A stretch of DNA of 63,539 bases, the filler included, from Folioceros fuciformis (taxonomy: Eukaryota), in assembly GCA_049999805.1 (NCBI GenBank). It is 13 parts of 13 records of this genome, joined end to end, with 100 filler letters (N's around TTAATTAATTAA, not from the genome) between each part and the next. Parts side by side here need not be neighbours in the genome. Positions count along the whole stretch, not along the records: positions 1 to 25,898 come from JBNGIO010004480.1; 12 more parts are not named here. One strand, 5' to 3'. Under the pieces are notes generated by a model, which saw only the letters and a list, made by a program, of their open reading frames with translations, was not told the DNA's origin and did not search any database. Both the position numbers and the translations under genes were made by a program. Shown here in pieces: positions 10,674 through 21,839 of the stretch; positions within the stretch are counted from its first letter, which is position 1; each line of letters begins with the position of its first letter.

Positions 10674-13600
10674 TCAAGCCGTCACCACCTCATCCACAAG
10701 TTCGGGTTCTTCGACCTCCGGTGGCGTCTCGTCCATGTCCATCTGGCCACACACTTCTACTTCTAGCTCCTCCTCTTCTTCCTCCTCCTCCTCATCGTCA
10801 TCAGAGGTGTCATCCCCGTTCTTCTTGCGTTTCTTCCTACCTCGACGCTCGTCCCAGGAGTTTTGTGAGGAACCTCGAATGCCGTTGGTCTCCAGCTTCA
10901 CAAACCCTCGTGAATTCTTGAACAGGTACGGGGTCTGGAAGGCGAATATGGACATGTTGGTGCACTCGAACGACATGTCCGTGAACCTGCAGGCAATGTC
11001 AGAACAGGACAGCAAACGTCAGCCTGATCTCATCGCAACTCTCATTCACAGGAACCAATCTGCGGACAAGGACCTGAAGGTGTTGAGACAATCCGTTTCT
11101 TGCAGCACACGGCAGAAGCAACGGTACCCCTCCTTGTCCGGCTTTGCCGCTGCATCTGGACGTGCCTTGGTGAACTCACTCTCCAGTATGTACTGAACAT
11201 GATGCCATTGGTGAGGCACAAGGCCACATGATGCTTTCCTACCGGTGTATTACCACACGCGTACTTACCACAAAATAATGATTCCTCGCAGCAGGGCAGT
11301 GAATAGCCCAGATCTCGTCTTTCCCTGGATATATAAAATAACCTTCGCCTACCTTGTAGCAGGAATTGACCCTGAGCACAGCGTACTTCAATGAGACGGG
11401 ATGGAACATCATGGTACCCGCAGACGATGGATTCACGGCAGTTACACCTTCAGACGTGGAGCAGCACCAAAAATAGCCTTTCTCAAACAGTACAGGTCCA
11501 AGGCCCTACAAAGCCCAAAGCAGATTGGAGGGGAAGAGCTGTCATAAACCTGTGGGAAAAGGCTACCCAGCAGTCTTGTCTTTCTACTTCGGTGTGGCAG
11601 TCGTACAGCCCAGTACCCCTATTTGGACTCCACTGATCAGCCTCTCCCCTCATGTAAGCGGGTGCCAACTCCAAGAAACGTCTGAAGAATCCAAGGGGCA
11701 CCTGCAGCTTGAGCATCAAAGAGTACTGGGTAGCGTCGGCATTCGATTCATACACCTTTCTGTGAATGAAACTCACACAACGATTTCCAGCTTCGTGTCT
11801 TCCCCTTGGGAGAACCGACCACCAGTTCTTGACACAATTTCCGCATACCAGTTCGGTCTCTTGCGTGAGTTGTACAATGCCCAGAGCTGCAACACCCAAA
11901 ACACCATGGATTGCTGAAATATGCCAACACAGAGACTAGGAAAGAAAGCTAATACTGTGCGTTGCTGGCATCTCATGACACCAGAATACTTCTACTCTGC
12001 AACAAGCGGGTCAAGGGCTTATACCTCCCCTTCATTCATAACAGATGATTCTTCCTCACTGATTGCCTTTGGTAAACTGGCAGATGAGGACTGAGGAACT
12101 AATGCTTCGTCGACCAGAGAGTGCAGCAGGTAGGCAATCACAGGAACCTGCCCAGAACAACGCCACTGGTTGAGTTGGTGCTGACCCCTAATTGGTGCTG
12201 CCACAGTCATACTAAAAGCACCGGCCTACCGAGAATGAGTTTCCAAGCAAACTCCATCGAATCCTGTGCGACTCCTTGATTGTTGCTCCTTTCCTTCCTC
12301 TCCTGCCAATACTGTCTATGAGGACCACAACCTTGCCAGCGAGCAACAGGAACAACGATAAGAGCTTAACTATGTACACGATGCTTGACAAGGATGGGGT
12401 GCGAGAAGATTGAAGTCAGCATCGCAGTGTCCAGCACTTCCAAATGCAGAGGGACAGAATGATTTCTCACCCTCCTCCTAAAGATGACTTGTACTTGATG
12501 TTGGTGTACCCAGCCGGATAACCCATAAGCTTCTCCAGCTCGGTTGTCGTGATGTAACGCAACGTTTTGGTCTCATTGTCGATCACTGCTCGCAGCTGCG
12601 CTTTCGTTCCTGCAGTATAGTTTGCAGCCAGGATACACTGGAAGCGCCAAAGGTAAAAACATTAATCCTCTGGTAAAACAGTGACCCCGTAAGATTAGTG
12701 CAAATCAAACACCAGCATCAATGTGCAAGCTAATCTCAGAATAGGATTACCCCTGCTTTTAATTCAAGAGCGGTGGCTTTCTCAAGGATGCTTTGCAATG
12801 ATGTAGAATAGTGGTTTCTCAGATTCGGCATCCGATAAGGGTGCCCAAAATTTGTCCAGTACAAACGCCTCCGTTTGTTGGGAGTGAGTTCTTGGGAATC
12901 AATCTCTATGGGGAGACAACTTAAGCAATTCGAAATCTCATCCCTATCAACCCAAAACATCGAAGCAACATTTTCGACAAGAAACCTGTCAAGACCATAG
13001 CAGTCATAAGTACAGATGACAATAGAGATGTTGAAGGTACAAATCTACCTTCTCAAAGTCCATATCCACTAAAGGCAATCATGATGGTAAGTACTGCGAG
13101 GGAAAACCCCCACGAGCAAAGCCTGTCTTGTATTTAGCAACAGAGATCATGGATGTAAGATGCAACATGAGGGCATACATAAAAAGATGGGAGTACCATC
13201 TTGGTGAGAAAAGCTCAATGATTCGGAGCATCTCAAAAAATAGTCGACTTCTGCTGCCATGTAGCCTAAGGAATGCAACAAATATACAGCGACAAAATGA
13301 GCAAGTGTTCACCACGGAGGCTTCCCCCAAATCCAAAAACACTTGGGACGATGCAAGACGGTGAGCGGTTGTGAGAGGAGCCCAGCATCTGACTTCGTTC
13401 CAGGGCTTCTCTAAGGGAGGATTTCAAATACCACTGACCCAATCTTTTTTCCCATTGCGCTGAGGTCTTGACATGGAAAGCCACCCACAACCAAATCCAC
13501 TTTCTCCGTAATAGCATCTTTCGTTATTTCAGTTACATCTCCTATATGCTGGACGTTGGGATACCTGGCCTTCAAGAGCTGAAGAGCATAATGATTCTGG

Positions 13601-14173
13601 AATGATCAAAACCAAAGCCCATGTGATCATGGTTGAAGCAAGGCATCACCTGGGCTCAACTTCTGCGGGTTATGCTTTCCGACACGCATACAAAGAGACA
13701 CACAAAGACTCAAGGGGGGATGCCGAGCTCAGCCTCCAGTCTTGCCCTTGTCCCTACAAGGCCCTGTTGCAGTACCTAGCAGCAAAGAACAGTAGTTGCA
13801 TTAAACTGGATTTTTTGATGCCAGAGCAGCGTACTCACGATTTCAGCGCTATATCCCTTGTACGGGATGCCAAGATGGCTCAGAGCAGCCCACACCCCAC
13901 CAATGCCGTCAAAGAGGCTAAGGACTACCAGTGGGGGACCCTGCCATAGCCCAGGGTCAAGCTTCAAAGACTTGAGCCAACTCTCAGCACTGCTGGGGTC
14001 CTCAGCTGCACTGGTGAGCCGCAACACCTGCATAGCCGCTCACCAGGCTCAATACACCCTACTGCTGCCCCTCCCTGCTCCCATGCAAACCTCCAGCTCC
14101 GTACCTCCTTGTGCAAGAACTGCCGCAGCCGCTCCTCCATGCCACATTCCAGGCGGGCTAGCGCTTCCAGCAT
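10674..14173 (-). CDS. DNMT3: Plant DNMT3-type C5-cytosine DNA methyltransferase with C-terminal DUF3444 domain and acidic tail
   Basis: Motifs appear in non-permuted order: I VVLSLFDGIGG, II SAEINHYA, III IGDV, IV LVVGGFPCQDLS, VI FLVENV, VIII RRRLYWTN, IX RYITTTELEKLMGYPAGYT, X RWSLLGNSFSVPVIAYLL. These are followed by DUF3444-like AFSHR...YFIYPGKDEIWAIH and a poly-E tail. Splice phases are consistent across the MTase exons I checked. The start codon (14173) is inferred. Confidence 0.9.
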
Positions 14174-14889
14174 GGAGCCAGCTGTCCAGGCCCGATAGGT
14201 CCGCAGCAAGAAGAGAAGAAAACGAACCCCGACGCTGCAGCACAGCGAGACCGCTAGCAGCCGGAGCGAGAACCCGGCTACATGCGCCAACAAAAAGCCT
14301 TGTCGCCGACAGAACTGGCTCCTCGGACAGAAATGGAAGGCGCCTGTACCTACCATGTAATTGCTTTCACACGGCAGTCAAAAGTGGCGAACGTGGACGA
14401 GCAGCAAAGGACTAGCCGGCTCCGTGCGGACGGAGACGGAATCCGATTCCCAGTCTCTTCTCGCCTCCATCTGTGACGACGTGGAAACATGGCAACGTGG
14501 CCCAGAATTTCGTCTCCCCGCTTCCCAGTGGGCCCCTGTTGGCGCCCCCCACAGCCTGCGTCACCGTATGCGCAGCGACCAAGATACTTCCTGCGCACAC
14601 AATGCGCTTGCATGCCTGTAAGTATCTTGATTCTTCCTCCGCGCGCCCAAGTTTCCCGTCAATTCCCTGCTTTCAGCGACGCCTGCTCCTTCCCCCGTCT
14701 GCCCGCCCTGCTTTCCGCTCGCTGCTTCTAGGTACCCGAGGGTGTCTTCCACTCTAATCCAGTGTTGGGCACCTGTCCAGAGATCTCCTCCTCCGTCTGA
14801 GGGAGGCGTAATTTTGCAGCCCGTCTCTCGAATCCGGGCGAGAATTTGCTTTCTTTCTGGCGACGACTGCCGCCTGCTTCCGTCCGGGG

Positions 14890-16458
14890 ATGGCAGCCGC
14901 GTGGGACACTCTGCTCAGACCGACAGCGCTGCAGGGAGCCGCCTTTTGCCATCAGGAGGGCCGGTCCCGAGTGTGCGAAGCTCGGGTGAGGAGGTGCGCT
15001 GCCGCTGATTCCAGCTTCTGTGCTATCCGGCGTGGAGGATTTGCGAAGCACAGCCAGCAGCAGCAGCTCTGTCGGTGTGGTAGCGGTAGCTTTTTCCGCA
15101 AGGGAGTAGAGCAGAAGACGAGAATTCAGGCAGCAGGCAGACGAGGGGGAGGAGGGTCTGCGGAGGACGAGGATACAGGAAGGAACACCGATGGCGGGTC
15201 CCCGGAGAGCAGGCCGCCGGGGGAGGACCCAATTGTTGATCAGGCTCTGAATCTGGACGGGAAAATTCCTCCGACATCAGACGGATTTTTGAAGACGGTC
15301 TCCTCCCGGGCTTACGACATGCGACGGCAGCTCCAGCAGAACATGGACGCCAGTAGCTATGATGGTACTGTTTGATTCCGATTCTCGATCTGATTTGGGT
15401 ACGTGCATCATTGGCTTTCACGCTCTAGGAATTGCCCCAGGTCGTCCTTTTGCTTTGCAACAGGCATCCTGGTAATCATAGCATGCTGCGAACGTTCTTG
15501 GAACACCAAGAGAGGAGTGCTGTGCACATACAGAGACGCTAGACTGTCTGTCAAGATGTGAATTTGAGTCTTCCACCACCAATTTTGATGTGCCCCTGTT
15601 TCCACGCACCGGCATGCAGTGTTGGAGGCTAATCCGTGGAGGGACTCCTCGAAGCCAGTATACGTGCTTGCGAAAGAGGAGGACGAGCTTCTCACCATGC
15701 GGACGAGGAGGGTGCGAAGGTGTTCACCGAGTCCCTTTCACTCACCCAAACCTTGCACTTTCTTTCCATATCCAAGTAGTCCATCATTGCACCATCCATG
15801 CCCATCCGGTTAGGGCAGACGGTGCTGCTCTGCTCATGGTGCACTAACCGAGATCGTTTCTCATGAAAGCCAGTGAGGTCGAGAGGGAGCTGGGGCTCCT
15901 TTTCCCTAAACGAGGCAGCAGGCGAGGAAACTCCAAAAGACCAACCGCCACCACGTACGAGAACGTGTCGTCGGCTATGCCTACCACCACCGACAACCGG
16001 TTTCGTATGTCGGTGGAGGACGTCCGTGAGGGAGTTCTGGTAATCTTGGTGTACTCCAAATCCACTCACCAACTCAAACCCTCCTTCAACCAACCTTCCT
16101 TCTCCCCACAGTTCTCACACCAGACTGGACACACCACTGCAGGTTTTCGAGGACGAGGAAGAAGCGACCCGCTACTGCAGCCTGCTTGACGGCCAGGGAA
16201 AGAGCTGCATGGGCGTGGCGGAGTTGGATGCATCTGATGTAAGCAGAGATTCTGTGAGCGTCTGCTTTGCCCTTACTCCTGTAACCAGCCACCTACTCGT
16301 TTGCTGATTCCTCCATGGGCTCCGCTCTTCTGCAGGTGTTCGCCATGTGTCAAAAGACTCAGGCATTGGCCGTGGTGTTCCGTCGAGGGCAAACTCCTCC
16401 ACAACCTGACCGCCTCCAACTCAACCTCAAGGCCAGAAAGCGGTCTTTGGAGGACTGA
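14890..16458 (+). CDS. Conserved plastid-targeted protein, DUF3110-like, 5 exons
   Basis: Transit-peptide-like N-terminus, then exons LKTVSSRAYDMRRQL..., VLEANPWRDSSKPVYVLAK, RMSVEDVREGVL|VFEDEEEATRYCSLL..GVAELDASD|VFAMCQKTQALAVVFRRGQTPPQP. TGA at 16456-16458. The family assignment comes from motif recognition only. Confidence 0.7.
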
Positions 16459-17325
16459 CATGCCCTTGCCCTGGTCTGCATTCCCCGCTCCCCCTGCCCT
16501 GCCCCTACCCCTGCCCTCCACGACCAGGTACGTGGAACCTCGGGTCCTCTTCGCACCTGTTGTCGCTACATTGGTAGCCACTTGTACATAATTTGGACGT
16601 CGTCTGATTCATCGAACGTAGTTTGTGTGTGAGGGACTTCCTACGACCACGCCAACGTTCTCTCTATTGCTACGCTAGGTGTAAGAACTAGATTCAATTT
16701 CTGTATTGGAAATTTATCTTCATCTTAAAGGGGTAATAAGGTGAAACCATAAGGGAAACAGCTGGAGATTTGTCTCGCCGTTGTTTGATTTATTTCTCAT
16801 TCACTGAACTGTGAGAGAGGAGGTCATTAACTGAAGGAGGATATCTATCTTGGGGACAAGGCGCTGGTCGACTAAAGTGGTCTTGCGAACCATTAACAGA
16901 TTACGACATTAACAAGCCTTTGGTAAGCCGTACGTAGTTAGGTTTAGGATAGGCCATAATGCTTGGCCCGTTAGAAAGTTAATCTTCCTCCCTCGTTGCG
17001 AGATTTTGATGTGGTCATTCGACCAAAAGCGGCGTGGCGTGTGTCGGTGTAGCCCCATATTATTTTGTTGGAACTTGTTGAAAGCACGGAATTTAATGGA
17101 GGAAGAAGTGGGTGGAGCGTGCTTGGCGATACCAAAAGAGCCTATGAGGTCATCGAGTATTCATGTGTCGGCATTGTGGGACACAGGCTTGTGGGTGAGC
17201 GTCACGGGTCATTTGGGATGGCCATTTAACGCTCATACCCGGGAAGGTGGTGCGTGCAGAGATTCCGACGGCCACACCACACCTTCTTGTTGCTCCACTG
17301 CTATTCGCTCTGGCGAGAGCCGGGT

Positions 17326-18606
17326 ATGGAGCGTGTAATGCTCCTGTACGCGGTGAAGGGGAGCGACGATGGCGTCACCGGCAGCAGTGCGGCGAGCTCG
17401 GACGAGTGTCGCATGGATTCCGCACTTTGGGAGGGCCTGCCGGAAGACATCCGGGAGAGAGTGCTGATGAGGGTTCCGGCGCCAGCTCAATTCCGATTCC
17501 GGACGGTGTGCAAGGCCTGGCGAGCCGTGCTCTCTGCTCCACAGTTTCTCTCTCGGCAGGTGGCCAACTGTCCCCGGGACAGTGCGGCTCTCACGCCTGC
17601 CATCTGCGCCTTCACGATTCTGGATTGCCGCGGCATGCAGGGGAGGGGTCGGTGCACCGCCGCATGGTCCTCGCTCGTGTCCTCGCTCTTCTTCCAACCG
17701 GATCTTGGAGTGCTGCCTGCCAAATTCCATCGCCTCTACGTCCCGCATTGGTGCTCGGATTGTGACAAGATTGTGTCGAACCACGGCCTGCTTTGCTTCT
17801 GCCTAGGAGGGAGGAGCAGGTTCGAGCTCTGCGTCCTCAACCCCATGACCGGGAGGTGGAAGGAGCTGCCAGGGTTGAGCGTTCCGCAGCAGAGTTTCTG
17901 GAAAATGCAGGTGGAGGTGTTGGACAATTCGGACTTCCATGTGGTTGTCATCTTGTGCAGCCAGTGTCGAAGCCTGTGGACAGTTTGCGTCTTCTCGTCT
18001 CTCACGGGGATGTGGACGATCACCCGAGGACACAACGCTCCCGGAGTACTCTTCAGCAAGTGGACCAACAGCGCGCTGGTGCTGGCCGACGGGAGGCTCT
18101 ATGGATGGGATTCCAGCGGCGTGCACATGACCATTCATAGCGTGGCCACTGCCGCTCTCCTGGTCCACTGCAACAGGTCGTTTCCCGTTGCTGGGGAGCG
18201 CAACGGCTGCTGTGACCACCACGTTGTGCAGCATCGAGGTTCGGTTTACTTTGTCACAAGTGGAGACAACTTTTGTTACCGCATCTTCAAGCTGGAAGAG
18301 CGGGGCTGGACGTGGAAGCCAATCGCGGAGTTGCCAGACCAGATGCACCGCAGAATGCTGCGAGATTTCTGTGTGTCCTTGTTGAAACCACGGCATTGCA
18401 CAGTCGTTGGTGACTTTCTCTGTGTTGTGATGGGGGTAAAAGAGGGCATGGGAGACGTTCCTAGAAGGAGGAGTCGAATGCTTGCCTATCACATCGTGGA
18501 GCAGTCGTGGCATTTGTTCCTCAATGACCAGCTGCAGGACGACCATCCTTTACACAACTTTATCACTCTCCGGTTCTTCAAACCTAGATATGATCTCATC
18601 CCTTGA
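17326..18606 (+). CDS. Intronless F-box protein with beta-propeller/kelch-like C-terminus
   Basis: WEGLPEDIRERVLMRVP...FRFRTVCKAWRAVL (F-box) and SNHGLLCF..LCVLNPMTGRWKELP. The start could alternatively be the ATG at 17413. Confidence 0.9.
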   Translation: MERVMLLYAVKGSDDGVTGSSAASSDECRMDSALWEGLPEDIRERVLMRVPAPAQFRFRTVCKAWRAVLSAPQFLSRQVANCPRDSAALTPAICAFTILDCRGMQGRGRCTAAWSSLVSSLFFQPDLGVLPAKFHRLYVPHWCSDCDKIVSNHGLLCFCLGGRSRFELCVLNPMTGRWKELPGLSVPQQSFWKMQVEVLDNSDFHVVVILCSQCRSLWTVCVFSSLTGMWTITRGHNAPGVLFSKWTNSALVLADGRLYGWDSSGVHMTIHSVATAALLVHCNRSFPVAGERNGCCDHHVVQHRGSVYFVTSGDNFCYRIFKLEERGWTWKPIAELPDQMHRRMLRDFCVSLLKPRHCTVVGDFLCVVMGVKEGMGDVPRRRSRMLAYHIVEQSWHLFLNDQLQDDHPLHNFITLRFFKPRYDLIP

Positions 18607-18854
18607 TGTACTCACTGGGGTCTCACCAACTTGGGAGACGTCGGCAAAGTCTATGTTCTGCACCAAATATTCTCCATCCTCTCTGCTTGGATGCTCGTCT
18701 TGGTGCTACAGTCTGGCCAACTCTTAGCACCATGACAGACAACCAATTTGGAAGGAGGGAGAGCCAGCGCAACAATTTGACAAGGTATTCTAATCCCTTA
18801 TCCGAACATGAAATTAATCTACAATACCCAAGCAACCAAGTAAGCAGGCATGTC

Positions 18855-18975
18855 CACACACGTCCTATGCACTTACACAGGACCAGTTTCACACACGTCC
18901 CATGCAAGTACTTACACAGTGGCAGCGTGACACACGTCCTATGCACTTACAAAGGGGCAGTGTGACAAACGTCCG
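18855..18975. repeat. ~35-40 bp tandem repeat, ~3-4 copies
   Basis: CACACGTCCTATGCACTTACA..GG.CAG.GTGA units. Confidence 0.7.
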
Positions 18976-19099
18976 ATGTACCCTCGAGCCATGTGCTAAA
19001 CGTAGGTGACGTGAGAACGCAGAATGCCACTGACAAGGAAACCCACAGAAACTAACCGGAGTTAGAGTATCGAGCCAGGAACCGGTGAGCTTGTTCAGG

Positions 19100-21170
19100 A
19101 ACTTTTTCTTCTTCGTCGTCTTCGTGTTCTTCTATAATCGTACGATGTTTGTTCCCGCGAAAGGACAAGAATTGAACCAGCAGGATATCTGAAATAGAGA
19201 CCTTGCGTGATCAGCAGCTGGTCACCAGCAAAAGCTTGGGAGTGCAAATCCTGTTGCTGTTACAGGCTTGCACGGAATACCACGTCCAGGACTTGTCATT
19301 TGCCTACTTCAAGTCTGGGCACTGCATCACACAATTTCTGCTGACCCAAAAGTCAATTTCCACATCAGTAAGCAGTCACAGTCCTAAACCAAACACCTCG
19401 TACTTCTCTCTGTTTTTTTGAGTTTGGACTTGGCCGGTAGTATTTCAAATGACCATCCTAAGGAACCTTTTCCAGCTCTCTGAGGTATCCGATCACGCAC
19501 GCTGTTTGAAGACACCTGGTAGGGATCGACAAGAAATGCACCTGGGCAGCAGCAAGCACCTTTCCGCAAAATCAATAACTGATTCACGAGGTCGCAAAGG
19601 TTGAGGTTCAAGGTAACACACATCACAAATTACAGCCCATGATGCCATCATCACGGGTAGACCCATAGTGAAAGATTGTCTGCAAGACCAGCCAAAAGAT
19701 TTCGTTACACATTGAAGAGCAATCAAGTGCTTCCCACTCGATGTGCAGGGATATCCTGGCCTGATGACTTACTTCTTGCTGATGCAAAACGATTCTACAA
19801 AGACCTTGTTGCACTTGAGTGGCACTCTGAGGTATGCATCCTGTACAGTTGTGCTCAAATGCATCCTGATTCAGAAGTCCCTTGTCAGTCTGCTGCAATG
19901 CATTTTGACCCTTATGCCAGAGATTTCTCATCAGGGGGAATGGCTGGCCAATACCCAAGAAACAAGTCATCATGATCGGGTAAACACATGCCTGTACCGT
20001 ACCTTTTTCGCCATCACTGTGTCGTTGCGGATGAGACAGATGTCACTTTCGGGGGGATCAGCAAAGGATTGCTTCCAGCATCTTCTACTTACATCCTCAG
20101 TCTGGAAGAATAAGAGACCACAATCAGAACAGAAGGCAAGCGTACTGTATATGGATTGGCAAACAACCGATCCCTTTGATCATGTTCAGTTGAACGATAT
20201 GCAACCTAAACTTTCGATAACCATGGTTTGGAGCAGACCTGCCGTGAGAATCAAGAACGTACAGGATGCCTTTGCATAATGAATCTGCTGGGGACATTGA
20301 AGCCAATTACGGATGTGTGGTTTGCCACAGACCCCTGCCTACACGCAATATTCGATTGAGCATGTCAGAGTGGAATGACTACACGGAGTTGAACAGAACG
20401 CTAACGATACCAGTGTCCTTAGTCACATCCTTAGTCACAGTCCTTGCGAGGCTCATTTGAGCTCCATGAGAAATTATGATTTCTCAAGAAACTCGTCAAA
20501 GCCCTGCAAGATTGGGCCATCATCAAACTGACCTCCACTTCTACTGCAGCCTGTTGATGACCCTTCAGAGTGAAACCTACAACCATGAAAAGCACAAGGA
20601 GGATTACCCCAGCCAACTGCAAGCAGACACAGTCTGGAGACAGTCAGGGATCAGTAGCAGCCAGCAAGTTCCATCTCTAAACTCCAACTAGAAGCCTGGC
20701 AGATAAAAGAAAATTCTCGTGACTAAATCCTTTCAGAAATTGCACCAAGTTGGCCACTTCTCTTCTCGTTTCAGATCACTAGTTGACTAACTACTGGTCG
20801 TGGGATAACATGGACGCATTCAGTCTGAGAGCCCAGACAATGTAAGCAAGAAGCAAGGATACAGCATGCCTTTGCTCTCTGGCGACCAACCATTTTCCGA
20901 CGGGGAATCGGCCAGCAGATCCTCCACTCTACCTGCGGAGATCGACTTCCGACTGGAAAGTCTGACACATAGAGGCATCTCGGCCTCTCTAACTCAAACA
21001 ACCACCCGTGCAACGCAGCACCCTGAGCAAATCCTGACTGCCTCTCACGTCCTGGACTCGAGCAGCAGCAGACAACAAGATTTGCAAAACACCTGGAAAC
21101 GAAGCTGGTGCTCCAGAAGGCTGCTGCCATCTGAAGGCACCCCGTCAAGGCCCTCCTGAACCTTGGGCTA
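19100..21170 (-). pseudogene. GPAT9: Inverted, intron-retaining GPAT9 pseudogene
   Basis: The minus strand aligns to the gene at 7364-9713 from 5' UTR through introns to 3' UTR (CLQMAAAF vs CFQMAATF; SFTMGLPVMMASWAVICDVCYLEPQPLRPRESVIDFAER). Catalytic NHTSMID has become NHTSVIG, followed by a deletion and frameshift (~20270-20330). Confidence 0.9.
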
Positions 21171-21179
21171 TGCCCCCGC

Positions 21180-21348
21180 TTCAGCAAGCGGACGAGCAGC
21201 GTCCTCGTCCTGGCTGACGGCAGGCTTCATGGATGGCATTCCAGCAGCCTCCATAAGGCTATCACAGCGTAGTCAGTGCCACGCCCCTGATTCACTACCC
21301 AAGTGGAAACAAGGCATATTACCCAATCCCCAAGCCCAAGCGGGAAGT
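21180..21348 (+). pseudogene. Decayed internal fragment of the neighbouring F-box gene
   Basis: TTCAGCAAGCGGACGAGCAGCGTCCTCGTCCTGGCTGACGGCAGGCTTCATGGATGGCATTCCAGCAGC matches 18052-18120. After an internal deletion, CAAGTGGAAACAA...TTACC matches ~18257-18300. Confidence 0.75.
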
Positions 21349-21839
21349 ATGTCCCCCACCTCGCCGCATTGTCCTCTCGCAAGGGGTATTATACGTCGGG
21401 CAGTGAAGATTGAGATCAGACACCGACTTGCAGATACTCCAAAACAAACGTATGCCCCGGAAAGACTGGCAACTGACATGGATTGCAGACCCCTTCCTCC
21501 CTCGAAGACCGGTTTCACAGACTATGTATGTACATATCTTACAAAGTCAAAGGTTGCACGATGGACTTGATATATGTATACTACCTACATTCTCAGGGAT
21601 CTTCCTGCAGCATGACGTACGACCAGCACGGCATGAGATGAAGTGCGGCGACGTAGTACACCCAACAGAGGAGGTTCAAATTGTAGCAGTATGAGGACTA
21701 GTTTTTACCAAATAGTCATGCAAGCTTCTCCATCCAATTGCCCACCAGCTGCATTCAGATCCAAGTCTATGAATCTGTGAGAGGGAGCTGCGAACGGACC
21801 CACCGAGTGGAGACACAGTCTTGGAAACATTGGCACTAC

